64,000 nucleotides of DNA, taken from an uncultured Gemmataceae bacterium (GTDB lineage Bacteria > Planctomycetota > Planctomycetia > Gemmatales > Gemmataceae). Both the position numbers and the translations under genes were made by a program. The DNA lies in contig CAVVPN010000011.1 of assembly GCA_963750165.1 (NCBI GenBank), positions 1,696,001 to 1,760,000 on the forward strand. The letters run 5' to 3'. Shown in pieces: positions 19,901 to 29,026 of this stretch. The notes under the pieces were generated by a model. It made no database searches and had not been told where the DNA came from. It saw only the letters and a list, made by a program, of their open reading frames with translations. How positions within the stretch are numbered: the first letter of the stretch is position 1; the number at the start of each line of letters is the position of its first letter.

Positions 19901-20823
19901 GTTTGGCCAACGACGTCTGGGCCCAAATTGGTCTGATCATGCTGGTCGGCCTGCTGGGTAAGAATGCGATCCTGATCGTCGAATTCGCGGTGCAGCGGCG
20001 CCGGGAGGGCCTGCCCATCCACGAGGCAGCCATCGAAGGAGGAAAATTGCGCTTCCGGCCGATTCAGATGACCTCCTTCGCCTTCATCGCCGGCCTCATT
20101 CCGTTGGTCATTGCCACCGGCGCCGGGGCGATCGCCAACCGCACCATTGGCACCACGGGGGTGGGCGGGATGCTCACGGGCACCGTGGTCGGCGTCCTGG
20201 TGATTCCCGGCCTTTATTACATTTTCGCCCGCATCGCCGACGGGAAAAAAATCCTCCGGGAGGAGGTGGATGAACCGCTCAGTGAGGTTCTCGATCACAA
20301 ACCATTTGAGGCGCTTCCGGAAGTGACGGCCGGTGAGATCGAGAGTCTGCTGAACTACCTCGACGCCCGCGGCGGTCGGGACGACCTCTCCCACATCGCC
20401 GCCCAGACCCACCGTGACTTCCGCCAACTCCTCATCGTGGCCCAGGCCGCCGAGTTGCTCGATTTCGTCACCACAGCGCCAGGCCAGGTCGTGGTCAACG
20501 ACGAGGGCGACCGCTTCAGCAAGGCGAGCCCCGCGGATCGCCAGGCCATCTGGCGTGAGCACATCCTTCAGTTGCGGCTGTTCAAGGAGACCCAGGAGAT
20601 TCTCCGCCGTGCGGGCGGTCTCATCGACAGCGATCTGTTGCGGGAAATCTTCATCCTGAACCTGCCCGGGGTGAACTTCGACAAAGGTGTCGCCACCTTG
20701 ATCGACTGGGCCAGATACGGCGACCTGTTCGCCTACGACGACTCAACCGGGAAGATCTCAACGCGGGGAGCGGGTCACACCCTGTTCACGTCAGCCGAGA
20801 GGCCGCCGGGAGAGCGTCACTAG
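16957..20823 (+). CDS. RND efflux permease (HAE1/AcrB-like) with a fused C-terminal AAA-associated-like domain
   Basis: QFPDIAPP, GVVVDDAIVVVE, GKNAILIVEFA, RFRPIQMTS; ~170 aa extra tail ending LIDWARYGDLFAYDD. Confidence 0.93.
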   Translation: MFTKILYRPALAIVISIILLFLGTLGIKTLPTAQFPDIAPPTVRVGISYPGASANVLVNSVLVPMERAINGVQNMRYMASSATSAGEAAITIYFEPGTDPNINAVNVLNRVNIVRSQLPELVQREGIIVLPVVPSMLMYVNIYSTDTSVDQKFLYNFANTNVMPEIQRIQGMGIPWNLGNRAYAMRIWLNIDRLRAYKLSSEDVMKALAETSVIGSPGRLGQATGHRSQSREYVLTWIGRYNKVEQYENIVLKASPKGEILRLKDVCGTWDENGVRKTPGIELGSSMFDIYSDINGYPACSIILKQTPGSNASAVIEEIKTHLKEIKKESFPPGMDYEFAYDVSSFLDASIEKVLHTLLEAFILVSLVVYLFLGDFRSTLIPTLAVPVSLIGTFFFLKLFGLSINLITLFAMVLAIGVVVDDAIVVVEAVHAKMAEKHLGPYQATMEVLHEISGAIIAITLVMTSVFIPVTFVPGPAGVFYRQFGITMATSIILSGLVALTLTPVLCAMILKPHTHANTHTSNHNHTSPVKKKRGLLVMLLFFIGGMLLLAGITYVAYHLWGLAGLPIALVPFLQRPFDRVVTFVTSVYGGILRGIVTRRVLTMAVVGGFAAGIGVVSTQISAGFIPGEDQGIIYAVLQTPPGSTLEYTNGKAQELEKVAEELEDVTSVTSIAGYEILTEGRGSNAGTCVINLKEWSKRDRTARQIIEQLEEKCRRLSNVKLEFFEPPAVPGFGAAGGFSINVLDKTNSATPDYKKLGEVTDTFMKALKKRKEVKNLFTFYTAGYPQYELNIDIARAMQKGVSVKKALDNLNIYVGSTWEQGFILFNQFYKVYVQAAPEFRRFPKDLDNIFVKSDSGQMVPYSSFMTIKEKQGLNEINRYNMYPTAPIQGAPAPGYSTGQAIQAVREVAVQTLPHGYAIGWSGLSYDEEKKGNEAVFIFLIVVAFVYLVLVAQYESFLLPLAVILSLPIGIFGSFFLLQALGLANDVWAQIGLIMLVGLLGKNAILIVEFAVQRRREGLPIHEAAIEGGKLRFRPIQMTSFAFIAGLIPLVIATGAGAIANRTIGTTGVGGMLTGTVVGVLVIPGLYYIFARIADGKKILREEVDEPLSEVLDHKPFEALPEVTAGEIESLLNYLDARGGRDDLSHIAAQTHRDFRQLLIVAQAAELLDFVTTAPGQVVVNDEGDRFSKASPADRQAIWREHILQLRLFKETQEILRRAGGLIDSDLLREIFILNLPGVNFDKGVATLIDWARYGDLFAYDDSTGKISTRGAGHTLFTSAERPPGERH

Positions 20824-20959
20824 CGTACCTTCGTCATTCGCTGGAATTTCCACTGTTTTTCCCCAGTTCGAGCGGGAATAGTCGAACGTTGCCGGCACAA
20901 CCGCTAAAGTCCACCCGGCATATCGGTCGAAGAAAGAAGTGGAAGCGAACGATTTCAAC

Positions 20960-21160
20960 AGGCTGCTGATGCCGTGTTCTGCATTTCCCCATCTCCGACA
21001 GGTGGGGCCAGGGCCAGTCCTGCCGGCAAGCTTCTTCAACGGAGCGACCAGCCTGGAAAATTCAGCTTAGCTCGGGATCGAAGCGTTCACATTGATCCGA
21101 TCCTGACGCGCTGATCGTCCAGGCAGTGGCCGGCAATCGGGAGTTGAAAAGCCTGGCTCA
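20960..21160 (+). pseudogene. Degenerate duplicate of the 5' part of the downstream outer-membrane factor gene
   Basis: Aligns with ~21257-21460 (ccggcaagctt..caacggagcgaccagcc.ggaaaa.tcagct.agctcgggatcgaagcgtt), with indels and a CAG->TAG change. Confidence 0.8.
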
Positions 21161-21180
21161 GGGCTTCAAGGACGGTGCAG

Positions 21181-22857
21181 ATGAACCTCTTAGTGCGATT
21201 TTCGCGCACAACGCGTGTGAAGCAAGTGCTTGCGAGAGCGATCACTTGCTGCATGCTCCTGGTGCTGCCGGCCTGTGCAATCCCCAATCTCCGTCAGGCG
21301 CAGTCGGGGCCCGACCTTCCGGCAAGCTTTTTCAACGGAGCGACCAGCCCGGAAAACTCAGCTCAGCTCGGGATCGAAGCGTTTTTCAATGATCCGGTGC
21401 TTACGGGCTTGATCGACCAAGCGGCGGTCGGCAATCGGGAGCTGAAAATCCTGAATGAGGAGGTCCAGATCGCCAGAAACGAGATTCTGGCGAGGCAGGG
21501 GACGTACCTTCCCTTTGTCGGTTTCACGGGCGCTGCGAGTCTGGACCAACTCAGCACCTTCACGCTTCCTGGTGCCGGCGTACACGACGACCCGTATCTC
21601 GACGGAAAGTTCCTTCCCAATCCGCTGCCGAATTACCTGCTCGGCCTCAACTTGTTCTGGCGGATCGACATCTGGAGGGAACTGCGCAATGCCAGGGACG
21701 CGGCGGCGCAGCGCTACGTCGCCGCCGTGGAGAAACGGAACTTCTTCGTGACCCGTCTGGTCGCAGAGATTGCCGAGAATTATTACGGGCTGATGGCGCA
21801 CGACAAACGGCTTGAGAATCTGGATAAAATCATCGAGCTGCAGAAGAAAAGCCTCAAGACCGCCGAGGCCTTTATGGAAGCAACGAAGATCACCGCGTTC
21901 CCTGTCCGGCGTTTCCAGGCCGAGATTCGCAAGAACCAGAGTCAAAAGCTGATCGTTAAGCAGGAGATCATCGAGGTCGAGAACCGTATCAACTTCCTCG
22001 TCAATCGCTACCCGCAGCCTGTCGAACGCATGACTGCGCGGTTCTACGATCTGAACTTTCCGCTGTTCATCGGGGTGCCCGCACAGCTGCTTCAGAACCG
22101 ACCCGACATCCGCCAGGCCGAGCGCGAGCTGGAGGCTGCCGGGCTCGACGTGAAGGTCGCCCGGGCCCACTTCTTTCCCAAGCTGGACATCAACGGCGGC
22201 GTTGGCTACGAGGCCTTCAACCCCAAATATCTGTTCTGGACTCCGGACGCCTTGATTGGAAGCGTTGCTGGTGGACTGGTCGCGCCGGTGATCAATTTCA
22301 AAGCGATTCAGGCCGAGTACCTCAGCGCGAACGCCAAACAATTGCAGAGCGTCTACAACTACCAGCGCGTAATCCTCAACGCTTTCACCGAGGTTGTCAC
22401 CCGCGTGTCCATGGTGCAGAACTACAGCCAGAGCATCGGGATCAGGAAGCAGCAGGTGGAAGCGCTTGAGGACGCCGTCACCCAGGCCACCAACCTTTTT
22501 AATTTTCCCAGGCCGGGGGAGAAAAACCCCGTCGATTACCTGGACGTGCTATTGGCCCAGCGTGACCTCTGGGGGGCGAGATTGGAATTGATCGACACCA
22601 AACAGCAGCAACTGGCTGCCTTCGTGAACGTCTATCAAGCCCTGGGCGGTGGCGTCTCCGTATTGAGTCACCTGCAGGACGGCACGCATACGCCAGTTCC
22701 TTGCAATCAGACCAAGGAATCTGAGGCGACACTGCCACCGCCGACGGTGATGCAGATGTCGTACGCGCCGCCGACCGTGCCGACCTTCCCGAGCATCGAA
22801 GGAACCCCGGCTACTGCGACGGCGCGGTTACTGCCTCCGACTTTTCTGCCACCATAA
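21181..22857 (+). CDS. Outer-membrane factor lipoprotein (TolC/NodT family)
   Basis: Lipobox LPAC, QLLQNRPDIRQAE, VARAHFFP, YLDVLLAQR, YQALGGG. Confidence 0.92.
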   Translation: MNLLVRFSRTTRVKQVLARAITCCMLLVLPACAIPNLRQAQSGPDLPASFFNGATSPENSAQLGIEAFFNDPVLTGLIDQAAVGNRELKILNEEVQIARNEILARQGTYLPFVGFTGAASLDQLSTFTLPGAGVHDDPYLDGKFLPNPLPNYLLGLNLFWRIDIWRELRNARDAAAQRYVAAVEKRNFFVTRLVAEIAENYYGLMAHDKRLENLDKIIELQKKSLKTAEAFMEATKITAFPVRRFQAEIRKNQSQKLIVKQEIIEVENRINFLVNRYPQPVERMTARFYDLNFPLFIGVPAQLLQNRPDIRQAERELEAAGLDVKVARAHFFPKLDINGGVGYEAFNPKYLFWTPDALIGSVAGGLVAPVINFKAIQAEYLSANAKQLQSVYNYQRVILNAFTEVVTRVSMVQNYSQSIGIRKQQVEALEDAVTQATNLFNFPRPGEKNPVDYLDVLLAQRDLWGARLELIDTKQQQLAAFVNVYQALGGGVSVLSHLQDGTHTPVPCNQTKESEATLPPPTVMQMSYAPPTVPTFPSIEGTPATATARLLPPTFLPP

Positions 22858-23040
22858 GAGGAAGTGCCGACGGCTGAGCAAGGACCGGGAGAAAAGCGTG
22901 CGCTCGTCGGAGGCGTTCGTCAAGTTGGCCATGATCCACCTGATTCTCAACCGCCTGGCACCCCAGGGACGCGCAGGTCGAGTTCTGTTACCGCAAGGCC
23001 GTCTAACCTGACATATTACCCCGGCGGGTAAGATGGCCAT

Positions 23041-23068
23041 GTAGGACGGCTCTGGAGAGCCGTCCTAC
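23041..23068. repeat. REP-like palindrome family C
   Basis: GTAGGACGGCTCTGGAGAGCCGTCCTAC; same unit at 31797-31888. Confidence 0.8.
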
Positions 23069-23143
23069 GTGACGATGTTAGCTGCCAGGGTAATATGGGA
23101 CAGATGCTTACAATCGTCACGCTCATTTCAGGGAAGTGAAGAG

Positions 23144-23590
23144 ATGGTCTATCGCGTAATTTGTGCTTTCTTGCTGCTCTCAAGCCTGCCAATTGCAGGA
23201 TGCGGGACGGTTGCAAACCTGGTCAAGACGCCTCCCGAGGAAGGCGGGAAGAGCCCTTTCGGTGGAGTAAGACACGATCTGGGGTGTATTGAGCATGCGG
23301 CAATCGGAGAATCTGGCTGCAGGACACACCCCGAGCCGGAGTTGGAGCAATGTCGGCAGGTGGCACTAACGCTCTGCTGCAGCGCAGACCTGCCGTTGAG
23401 TTTTATCGGCGATCTCGTGACGTGGCCTTATACGGCGACGTACTCCTTCATTAATCAGCCAGTCCCTACCCCACCTGTGAACCAGGCACCTACCTCGCCT
23501 GTGACACAAGGAACGACCGAGGTCCGGCCTCAGCCTGCTCCGTTAGAACCCCAGCCAGAAACTTTGCCAGACCCCAGAAAACTTCCCTGA
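23144..23590 (+). CDS. YceK/YidQ-like lipoprotein with Pro-rich tail
   Basis: Lipobox IAGCGT, PFGGVRHD, DLPLSFIGDLVTWPY. Confidence 0.7.
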   Translation: MVYRVICAFLLLSSLPIAGCGTVANLVKTPPEEGGKSPFGGVRHDLGCIEHAAIGESGCRTHPEPELEQCRQVALTLCCSADLPLSFIGDLVTWPYTATYSFINQPVPTPPVNQAPTSPVTQGTTEVRPQPAPLEPQPETLPDPRKLP

Positions 23591-23799
23591 ATACGGCGTG
23601 CCATAGGGGTTTTGTCAGTGGTTCTCACGGAGCGATGGACCGACGTGCTCCGGGGCTGCAGCCTGACGTTTCGCGTTCGCGCCACCCCTTGCCCACTGGT
23701 TATCGGCGCGCAAGCCGCCACCTCGACATCGAACTCCCGCAGCCGCGCCACCTGCGCTTGTTGTGTCTCCGTCCGCTGCGCCGGCCTGGCGCTGACCGC

Positions 23800-23899
23800 G
23801 CTGGGCGTCGTGGATGGATTCTCCCCGAAGGGGGTCGAGGACGAGGGAGAGATCAGTTGGCGGAAGGACTTCCTGCGGAAGCTCGGGTACAAGCTGTAA
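23800..23899 (+). pseudogene. C-terminal fragment of an adenosine-specific kinase family gene
   Basis: [32 protein letters not shown] resembles that family's C-terminus; no matching N-terminus upstream. Confidence 0.6.
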
Positions 23900-23919
23900 G
23901 CGGAAAAGACAGGTGGACC

Positions 23920-24630
23920 ATGACCGCCGCTGACCAGGATCAGCCACGGAAAGGGATCAATCAGCGCCGCTTGATCGGTTTCCTGGTGGCCGTGCCGGTG
24001 TACTTTGCCCTGTTCATGTTTCTGCCTGCCGGCACCTGGGCGTGGACGAAGGGCTGGCTCTTTGTCGGGGTGTTCCTCGGTACGCTGGCCGTCGTCGGTG
24101 TGTATCTCTGGCGAGTGAATCCCGAAGTCGTGGTCGCCAGGACCGGCTCGCAGAAAGGAACCAAGCGCTGGGACAAGATTCTGGTCCCTATCCTGCTGGC
24201 GGTGGTGTACGCCATCATTCCCGTTGCGGCGCTTGACGACGGGCGCTTTCACTGGTTTCCAGTTCCCTGGTGGGTCTGTGGCGTCGGCTACGTTCTGTTC
24301 CTTGTCGGCATGGGCATTCTTACCTGGGCGGAAGCCGTCAACAAGTTCTTCGAGGTCACGGTACGCATCCAGACGGATCGAGGTCAGAAGGTGATCGACA
24401 CCGGCCCCTACACCATCGTGCGGCATCCCGGATATGTCGGCGGCATCCTCTTCTTCGTGGGGACGGCCTTGTGCCTGGGGTCGGTTTGGGCGCTGGTTCC
24501 TGCGGGCCTGGCCTCTGCCCTGTTGATCCTGCGGACGCAGTGGGAAGATCAGACGTTGCAGGCCGAGTTGGCGGGGTACAAGGAGTACGCCCAGCAGGTC
24601 CGCTATAAACTCATCCCTGGCGTGTGGTGA
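23920..24630 (+). CDS. Isoprenylcysteine carboxylmethyltransferase-family membrane protein
   Basis: VRIQTDRGQKVIDTGPYTIVRHPGY, EDQTLQAELAGYKEY, YKLIPGVW. Confidence 0.9.
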   Translation: MTAADQDQPRKGINQRRLIGFLVAVPVYFALFMFLPAGTWAWTKGWLFVGVFLGTLAVVGVYLWRVNPEVVVARTGSQKGTKRWDKILVPILLAVVYAIIPVAALDDGRFHWFPVPWWVCGVGYVLFLVGMGILTWAEAVNKFFEVTVRIQTDRGQKVIDTGPYTIVRHPGYVGGILFFVGTALCLGSVWALVPAGLASALLILRTQWEDQTLQAELAGYKEYAQQVRYKLIPGVW

Positions 24631-25103
24631 TTGCCTCCAGACAAATCTCGCACCGGGGCACTGCTTCCAGGATCACCCGGAATGAAACCTCTGCGGTTAT
24701 CCGGCCAGGCCAGGTAGAACATCCACACCCAACACGCTCCCCGAAGACCCTCGAACGCCGTCCACCACCACGGCAACCCCGCCGCCCAATCCACGCCGAC
24801 GAAGACTACGCTCATCAGGCCGACCGCAGCAGCCAGAAAGCGCACCAGGGGCCGGTAGCGCTCCAGGTCGGACGCCACCACCAGGCAAAGAGCGCCCAGG
24901 AGGACGTAGAAGGCCGAGAGAGATCGGGCCAGATACTCGACCACGGGAGAAGTCGGCATCTCTCCCAGGCCCAGCCAGCGGTGCGCAGCGACCATCCACG
25001 ACACGGGCATGAAGACAGGAACCAGGGCGAACAACCCGCTCACGCCCCCGACCCAGAGGAGAGCAACCAGCACCTTGTCGGCCCCCGGTCTGTTTGCCGT
25101 CAT
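24603..25103 (-). CDS. Hypothetical membrane protein
   Basis: Several hydrophobic helices (PVVEYLARSLSAFY); SD ggag; 3' end uncertain. Confidence 0.6.
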   Translation of the reverse strand: MTANRPGADKVLVALLWVGGVSGLFALVPVFMPVSWMVAAHRWLGLGEMPTSPVVEYLARSLSAFYVLLGALCLVVASDLERYRPLVRFLAAAVGLMSVVFVGVDWAAGLPWWWTAFEGLRGACWVWMFYLAWPDNRRGFIPGDPGSSAPVRDLSGGNHHTPGMSL

Positions 25104-25124
25104 TGCCATACTCCGACCTGATCC

Positions 25125-25503
25125 GGTGGCCGCCCGCCACCTGTTGTTCCAGAACCAGTAGGCATAGTCCTTCAGCAGTTGCCGGGTGGGGCCGCTCTTC
25201 TTCGCCTCGCACTCGGCCAGCGGCACTTCGACCAATCGGTCCTCGGCCCTCGCCTCGCACAACAGACCGTACATCTCGTCCGCACAGGCGTCGTCAGCAT
25301 CGCCCAGGTCGGTGATCTTGCTGATCGGCCTGGGGCCGTATACCGGCTCCCACCTGGCCTCGAAGGGGAACGCCAGGTGCGCCGCCAGGTAGCGATGGTA
25401 CGTTCGCAGCGTTCGTCATCGACGCCCGGCAGCGGATCGTCACCCGTCAGCCCCAGCGCTATCCGCACACGGTCGTCCTCGTCGCTGGGCTGTGTCAGCC
25501 ATC
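25125..25503 (-). pseudogene. CcbP-like calcium-binding protein gene, frameshifted/truncated
   Basis: EDDRVRIALGLTGDDPLPGVDDE / YHRYLAAHLAFPFEA..YGLLCEAR..VPLAE..LLKDYAYWFWN in different frames, break near 25411. Confidence 0.55.
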
Positions 25504-25509
25504 TCCGTG

Positions 25510-25650
25510 TCAGCCACGGATTCGGTGGACAGCCCACAGAATCAGGGTCAGGACCAGGCTGAGGAGCAGGCACGTCACGACCGGGAAGTAGAAGCGGAAG
25601 TTCTCCCGCTCGATGCGGATGTCGCCCGGCAGCCGGCCCAGCCAGGAGAT
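25510..25650 (-). pseudogene. DUF2905-like small membrane protein, 5'-truncated
   Basis: WLGRLPGDIRIERENFRFYFPVVTCLLLS; first TM helix and start codon missing. Confidence 0.65.
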
Positions 25651-25750
25651 TTTGTATACCAATGACTTGCGCTCGGTCAGGCTGGAGACAGAGTAGAAAT
25701 AAGCCGCATGATCGGATTTCCCTCGCTGAAAGAAAATTCTCGCAGGCGAC

Positions 25751-25779
25751 TTGACTGTAAACAGACAGGTCTGTATAGT
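25751..25779 (+). promoter_or_regulatory. sigma70 promoter with embedded palindromic operator
   Basis: TTGACT-17nt-TATAGT; ACAGAC-AG-GTCTGT at 25761-25774. Confidence 0.8.
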
Positions 25780-25785
25780 TGAGAG

Positions 25786-26364
25786 GTGGGGCGCACACGA
25801 GAAACCTCTGAAGCCCGGCAACGCATCCTTGAAACAGCCGGCCGGCTGTTCTACCAGGAAGGGGTGCGGGCGGTAGGCATCGACCGGATCATCGCCGAGG
25901 CTGGGGTCGCTAAGATGAGCCTATACAAGCACTTTCCGTCCAAGGACGACCTGATCCTGGCCGTCCTGAAGCATCGAGAAGAAAGCGTATTGGCGTTCTT
26001 CCGTTCGGCGATGGAGCGGCAGAGCAAGAAGATGAAGAACCCGCTGCGGGCCTTCTTCGCCGCCCTGAAGGAGTGGTTCGAGACGCCGGACTTCCGGGGC
26101 TGCGCCTTCCAGAACGCCGCCGTCGAACTGGCGGACGCCGCCCACCCCGGCACCGAGTTCGTCCGTGGGCACAAGCAGCGATTCGGCGAGTTCCTGCGTG
26201 GCCTGGTCGAAGAAGCGGTCGGCAAGTCGGCGAAGGTCACCCCCGCCGTGGCCCTGCTGGTTGAAGGGGCCATCGTGACCGCCGTGATCCAGGGCAAGCC
26301 CGACGCCGCCGACGTGGCCCGTGACGCTGCTCTGAAGCTGGTGGCCGAAGGGAAGGGCGGCTAA
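25786..26364 (+). CDS. TetR/AcrR-family transcriptional regulator
   Basis: HTH GVRAVGIDRIIAEAGVAKMSLYKHFPSKDDL; FRGCAFQNA. Confidence 0.93.
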   Translation: MGRTRETSEARQRILETAGRLFYQEGVRAVGIDRIIAEAGVAKMSLYKHFPSKDDLILAVLKHREESVLAFFRSAMERQSKKMKNPLRAFFAALKEWFETPDFRGCAFQNAAVELADAAHPGTEFVRGHKQRFGEFLRGLVEEAVGKSAKVTPAVALLVEGAIVTAVIQGKPDAADVARDAALKLVAEGKGG

Positions 26365-26386
26365 TTCGTCCCTTTTTGCATCAAAT

Positions 26387-26404
26387 ATACAGACCTGTCT
26401 GTAT
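26387..26404. promoter_or_regulatory. Second putative TetR operator
   Basis: ATACAGAC-CT-GTCTGTAT, same core as 25761-25774. Confidence 0.75.
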
Positions 26405-26427
26405 TGACAGAAATGAGGGCAGGAGCC

Positions 26428-27051
26428 ATGAGACAGTATCCGAGTGACATCGCCTTCACTCCCGCCGTGAAGGGCATACAGACGGCGAAAGGCTCACGGG
26501 CCGGCTACGCCAAGGTCGAAAGCCGTGGTTGGCGGACCCGTGTGACGCCAGACCTGGCCGAATTCGTGGCGGGGTTGGATATGTTCTACCTTGGCACGGC
26601 GAGCGCCGAAGGGCAGCCGTACATCCAGCATCGAGGCGGATCGCCTGGCTTTCTGAAGGTGCTGGACGACAAGACGCTCGCCTTCGCAGACTTCGGCGGC
26701 AATCGCCAGTACATCACGCTTGGCAACCTGTCGGAGAACCCCAAGGCGTTCATCTTCCTGATGGATTACGCCAACCAGCAGCGGGTCAAGCTCTGGGGCA
26801 CAGCCAGGGCGGTCGAAGATGACGCCGAGTTGCTGGAACGCTTGCGTGACCCGGACTATCCAGCCAAGGTGGAGCGGGCTATCGTCTTCACCATCGAAGC
26901 CTGGGACATCAACTGCCCGCAGCACATCCAGAAGCGGTATTCGCAACGGGAAGTTCAGCCCGTGATCGAGCAACTACAGCGCCGCATCAGCGAGTTGGAG
27001 TCACAGTTGGCGCAACGAGAGGCCCATGAGCCACGCCCCTCGCCCGCCTGA
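26428..27051 (+). CDS. Pyridoxamine 5'-phosphate oxidase-family FMN-binding protein
   Basis: GQPYIQHRGGSPGFLKVLD, ADFGGNRQYITLGNL, WDINCPQHI; SD aggag. Confidence 0.88.
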   Translation: MRQYPSDIAFTPAVKGIQTAKGSRAGYAKVESRGWRTRVTPDLAEFVAGLDMFYLGTASAEGQPYIQHRGGSPGFLKVLDDKTLAFADFGGNRQYITLGNLSENPKAFIFLMDYANQQRVKLWGTARAVEDDAELLERLRDPDYPAKVERAIVFTIEAWDINCPQHIQKRYSQREVQPVIEQLQRRISELESQLAQREAHEPRPSPA

Positions 27052-27144
27052 AAAGATCAACGTCCCACGAAGATTTCTTCCCGTTCAGGTCGGTCGCCGA
27101 GGGGCGACTGCCTGCGACGATCTTTCCCTCCCAGGGAGTTTGAC

Positions 27145-28023
27145 ATGACGATTCCGAAAATGGCGTACCGCACTGTGAACATCGACGGCCTGGACATCTT
27201 CCATCGAGAGGCGGGTGCGAAGGACGCCCCGTCGATCCTGCTGTTGCACGGCTTCCCGACATCCTCGCATATGTTCCGCAACCTGATCCCGGCCCTGGCC
27301 GACGAGTTCCACCTGGTCGCCCCGGACTACCCCGGCTTCGGCTACAGTTCGGCCCCGCCCGTGGGCCGGTTCGACTACACCTTCGACAACCTGGCCGACG
27401 TGGTGGAGAAGTTCACCCAGGAGGTCGGGCTGAAGAAGTACGCCCTTTACGTCCAGGACTACGGCGCTCCGGTCGGTTACCGGCTGGCAGTCAGGCACCC
27501 GGAGCGTGTCACCGCCCTGGTGGTGCAGAACGGCAACGCCTACGAGGAGGGGCTGGACAACGACTTCTGGAAGCCGCTCAAGGCGTACTGGCAGGACCGC
27601 TCCGAGAAGAACGCCGAGCCGCTGCGGAAATTCCTGGCCCTGGAGGCGACGAAGTGGCAGTACACGCACGGGGTCCGCAACCTGGAGGCAATCAGCCCGG
27701 ACACCTGGACCATCGACCAGGCGCTCCTCGACCGGCCCGGCAACCAGGAAGTTCAGTTGGCGTTGTTCTACAGCTACGGCAGCAATCCGGCGCAGTACCC
27801 CCGCTGGCACGACTACTTCCGCCAGCACCAGCCTCCGACCCTCATCACCTGGGGCAAGAACGACGCCATCTTCCCGCCCGCAGGGGCCGAACCGTACAGG
27901 AGGGACTTGAAGAATATCGACTTCCACCTGCTCGATACCGGCCATTTCGCCCTGGAGGAAGACGGTGACGAGATCGCCAGCCTCATGCGGCAGTTCTTGC
28001 GGAAGCATTCAGCAACCAAGTAG
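27145..28023 (+). CDS. Alpha/beta hydrolase (epoxide hydrolase / haloalkane dehalogenase-like)
   Basis: [21 protein letters not shown] nucleophile, DTGHFALE. Confidence 0.9.
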   Translation: MTIPKMAYRTVNIDGLDIFHREAGAKDAPSILLLHGFPTSSHMFRNLIPALADEFHLVAPDYPGFGYSSAPPVGRFDYTFDNLADVVEKFTQEVGLKKYALYVQDYGAPVGYRLAVRHPERVTALVVQNGNAYEEGLDNDFWKPLKAYWQDRSEKNAEPLRKFLALEATKWQYTHGVRNLEAISPDTWTIDQALLDRPGNQEVQLALFYSYGSNPAQYPRWHDYFRQHQPPTLITWGKNDAIFPPAGAEPYRRDLKNIDFHLLDTGHFALEEDGDEIASLMRQFLRKHSATK

Positions 28024-28057
28024 CGCCCTTTCCTTCTCGCCGTTGAAGAGACTTTCT

Positions 28058-28639
28058 ATGCACTACGAATTCACCGCCATCCCCGATGTCGATGTCCTCC
28101 AGGCCGTCGAACCGATTTTCCAGCACGTTGTCACCGCCTACGCCAGCGAGGCGAACAAGACGGTAAGCGTCTGGAGGGCGGTGCCGGACCATCTTCTCGA
28201 CTTCAAGCCGCACGAGAAGACCAACCCGATCCGCACCATTCTGGTCCACCAGCTTCTCTCCGAGCGGCGGTTCTTCGCTCAGTTCGTCGGCACTGAGGAG
28301 CCACCCGTCGAAGAACTCCTCCCTGCCGGCGAGAAGCCCGTCGTCCAGGCGTACATCGAGAAGTACATCTGGCTCGTGAAGCGCCGGCTGCCGCAGTTGG
28401 CGAAGGGCACCGCTGTCTGGTGGCTGGAGAACCGGCCCTTCTTTGGCGGCTTGCAGCGGGAGCGGATTTGGGTCTTCTGGCGGCGAGTCTTGCACACCTG
28501 CCACCACCGGACGCAGGTGCAGTCCTGGCTGCGCCTCGCCGGCCAGCACGTCCCGGCCATCTACGGGCCGTCCGGCGACGTGAAGTGGGACGAGGCCACC
28601 CCGACCTACTCCCTGGAGGCGGCGAAGCGAGGCGGGTGA
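28058..28639 (+). CDS. DinB-family protein
   Basis: HQLLSERRFF, HTCHHRTQ, VPAIYGPS. Confidence 0.85.
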   Translation: MHYEFTAIPDVDVLQAVEPIFQHVVTAYASEANKTVSVWRAVPDHLLDFKPHEKTNPIRTILVHQLLSERRFFAQFVGTEEPPVEELLPAGEKPVVQAYIEKYIWLVKRRLPQLAKGTAVWWLENRPFFGGLQRERIWVFWRRVLHTCHHRTQVQSWLRLAGQHVPAIYGPSGDVKWDEATPTYSLEAAKRGG

Positions 28640-29026
28640 CTGCTGCCGTGATTTGTCGAAATCGTCAAAGAATGCCCTCGGCTCGGTACAAGGGTAGGAG
28701 ATCGGCGGGGGTGTAGATTCTGTCGTCGTGCTCCACGGTTGATTATTGGAACAGCCTCTAAACTCGACTGATGCACTTTTTCGAGGGGGCGAGTTTCGGG
28801 AAAGCCAGGGATTTTCGGGGGTTTTGCATATTTTGAGACAGGCCGCACCCGATATGGGGTGTGCAAAAAGTCCTTCTCCAGCGTAAAACCGCAGAAAAAC
28901 CTGGCAAATCCCCTTCCGAAAAAGTGCATCAGTCGAACTAAAAGGCTACCGCAGTAGAGGCCGACCGCCGGGCCGCACATCGGGCTGCCAGTATCTCAGG
29001 ATGCTCTTCGGCGGCGGGGCAGGTGG

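Noticed and set aside
23640..23800. ISL3-like transposase fragment ([23 protein letters not shown], minus strand)
   Set aside because: Resemblance is too short and vague to call without a search
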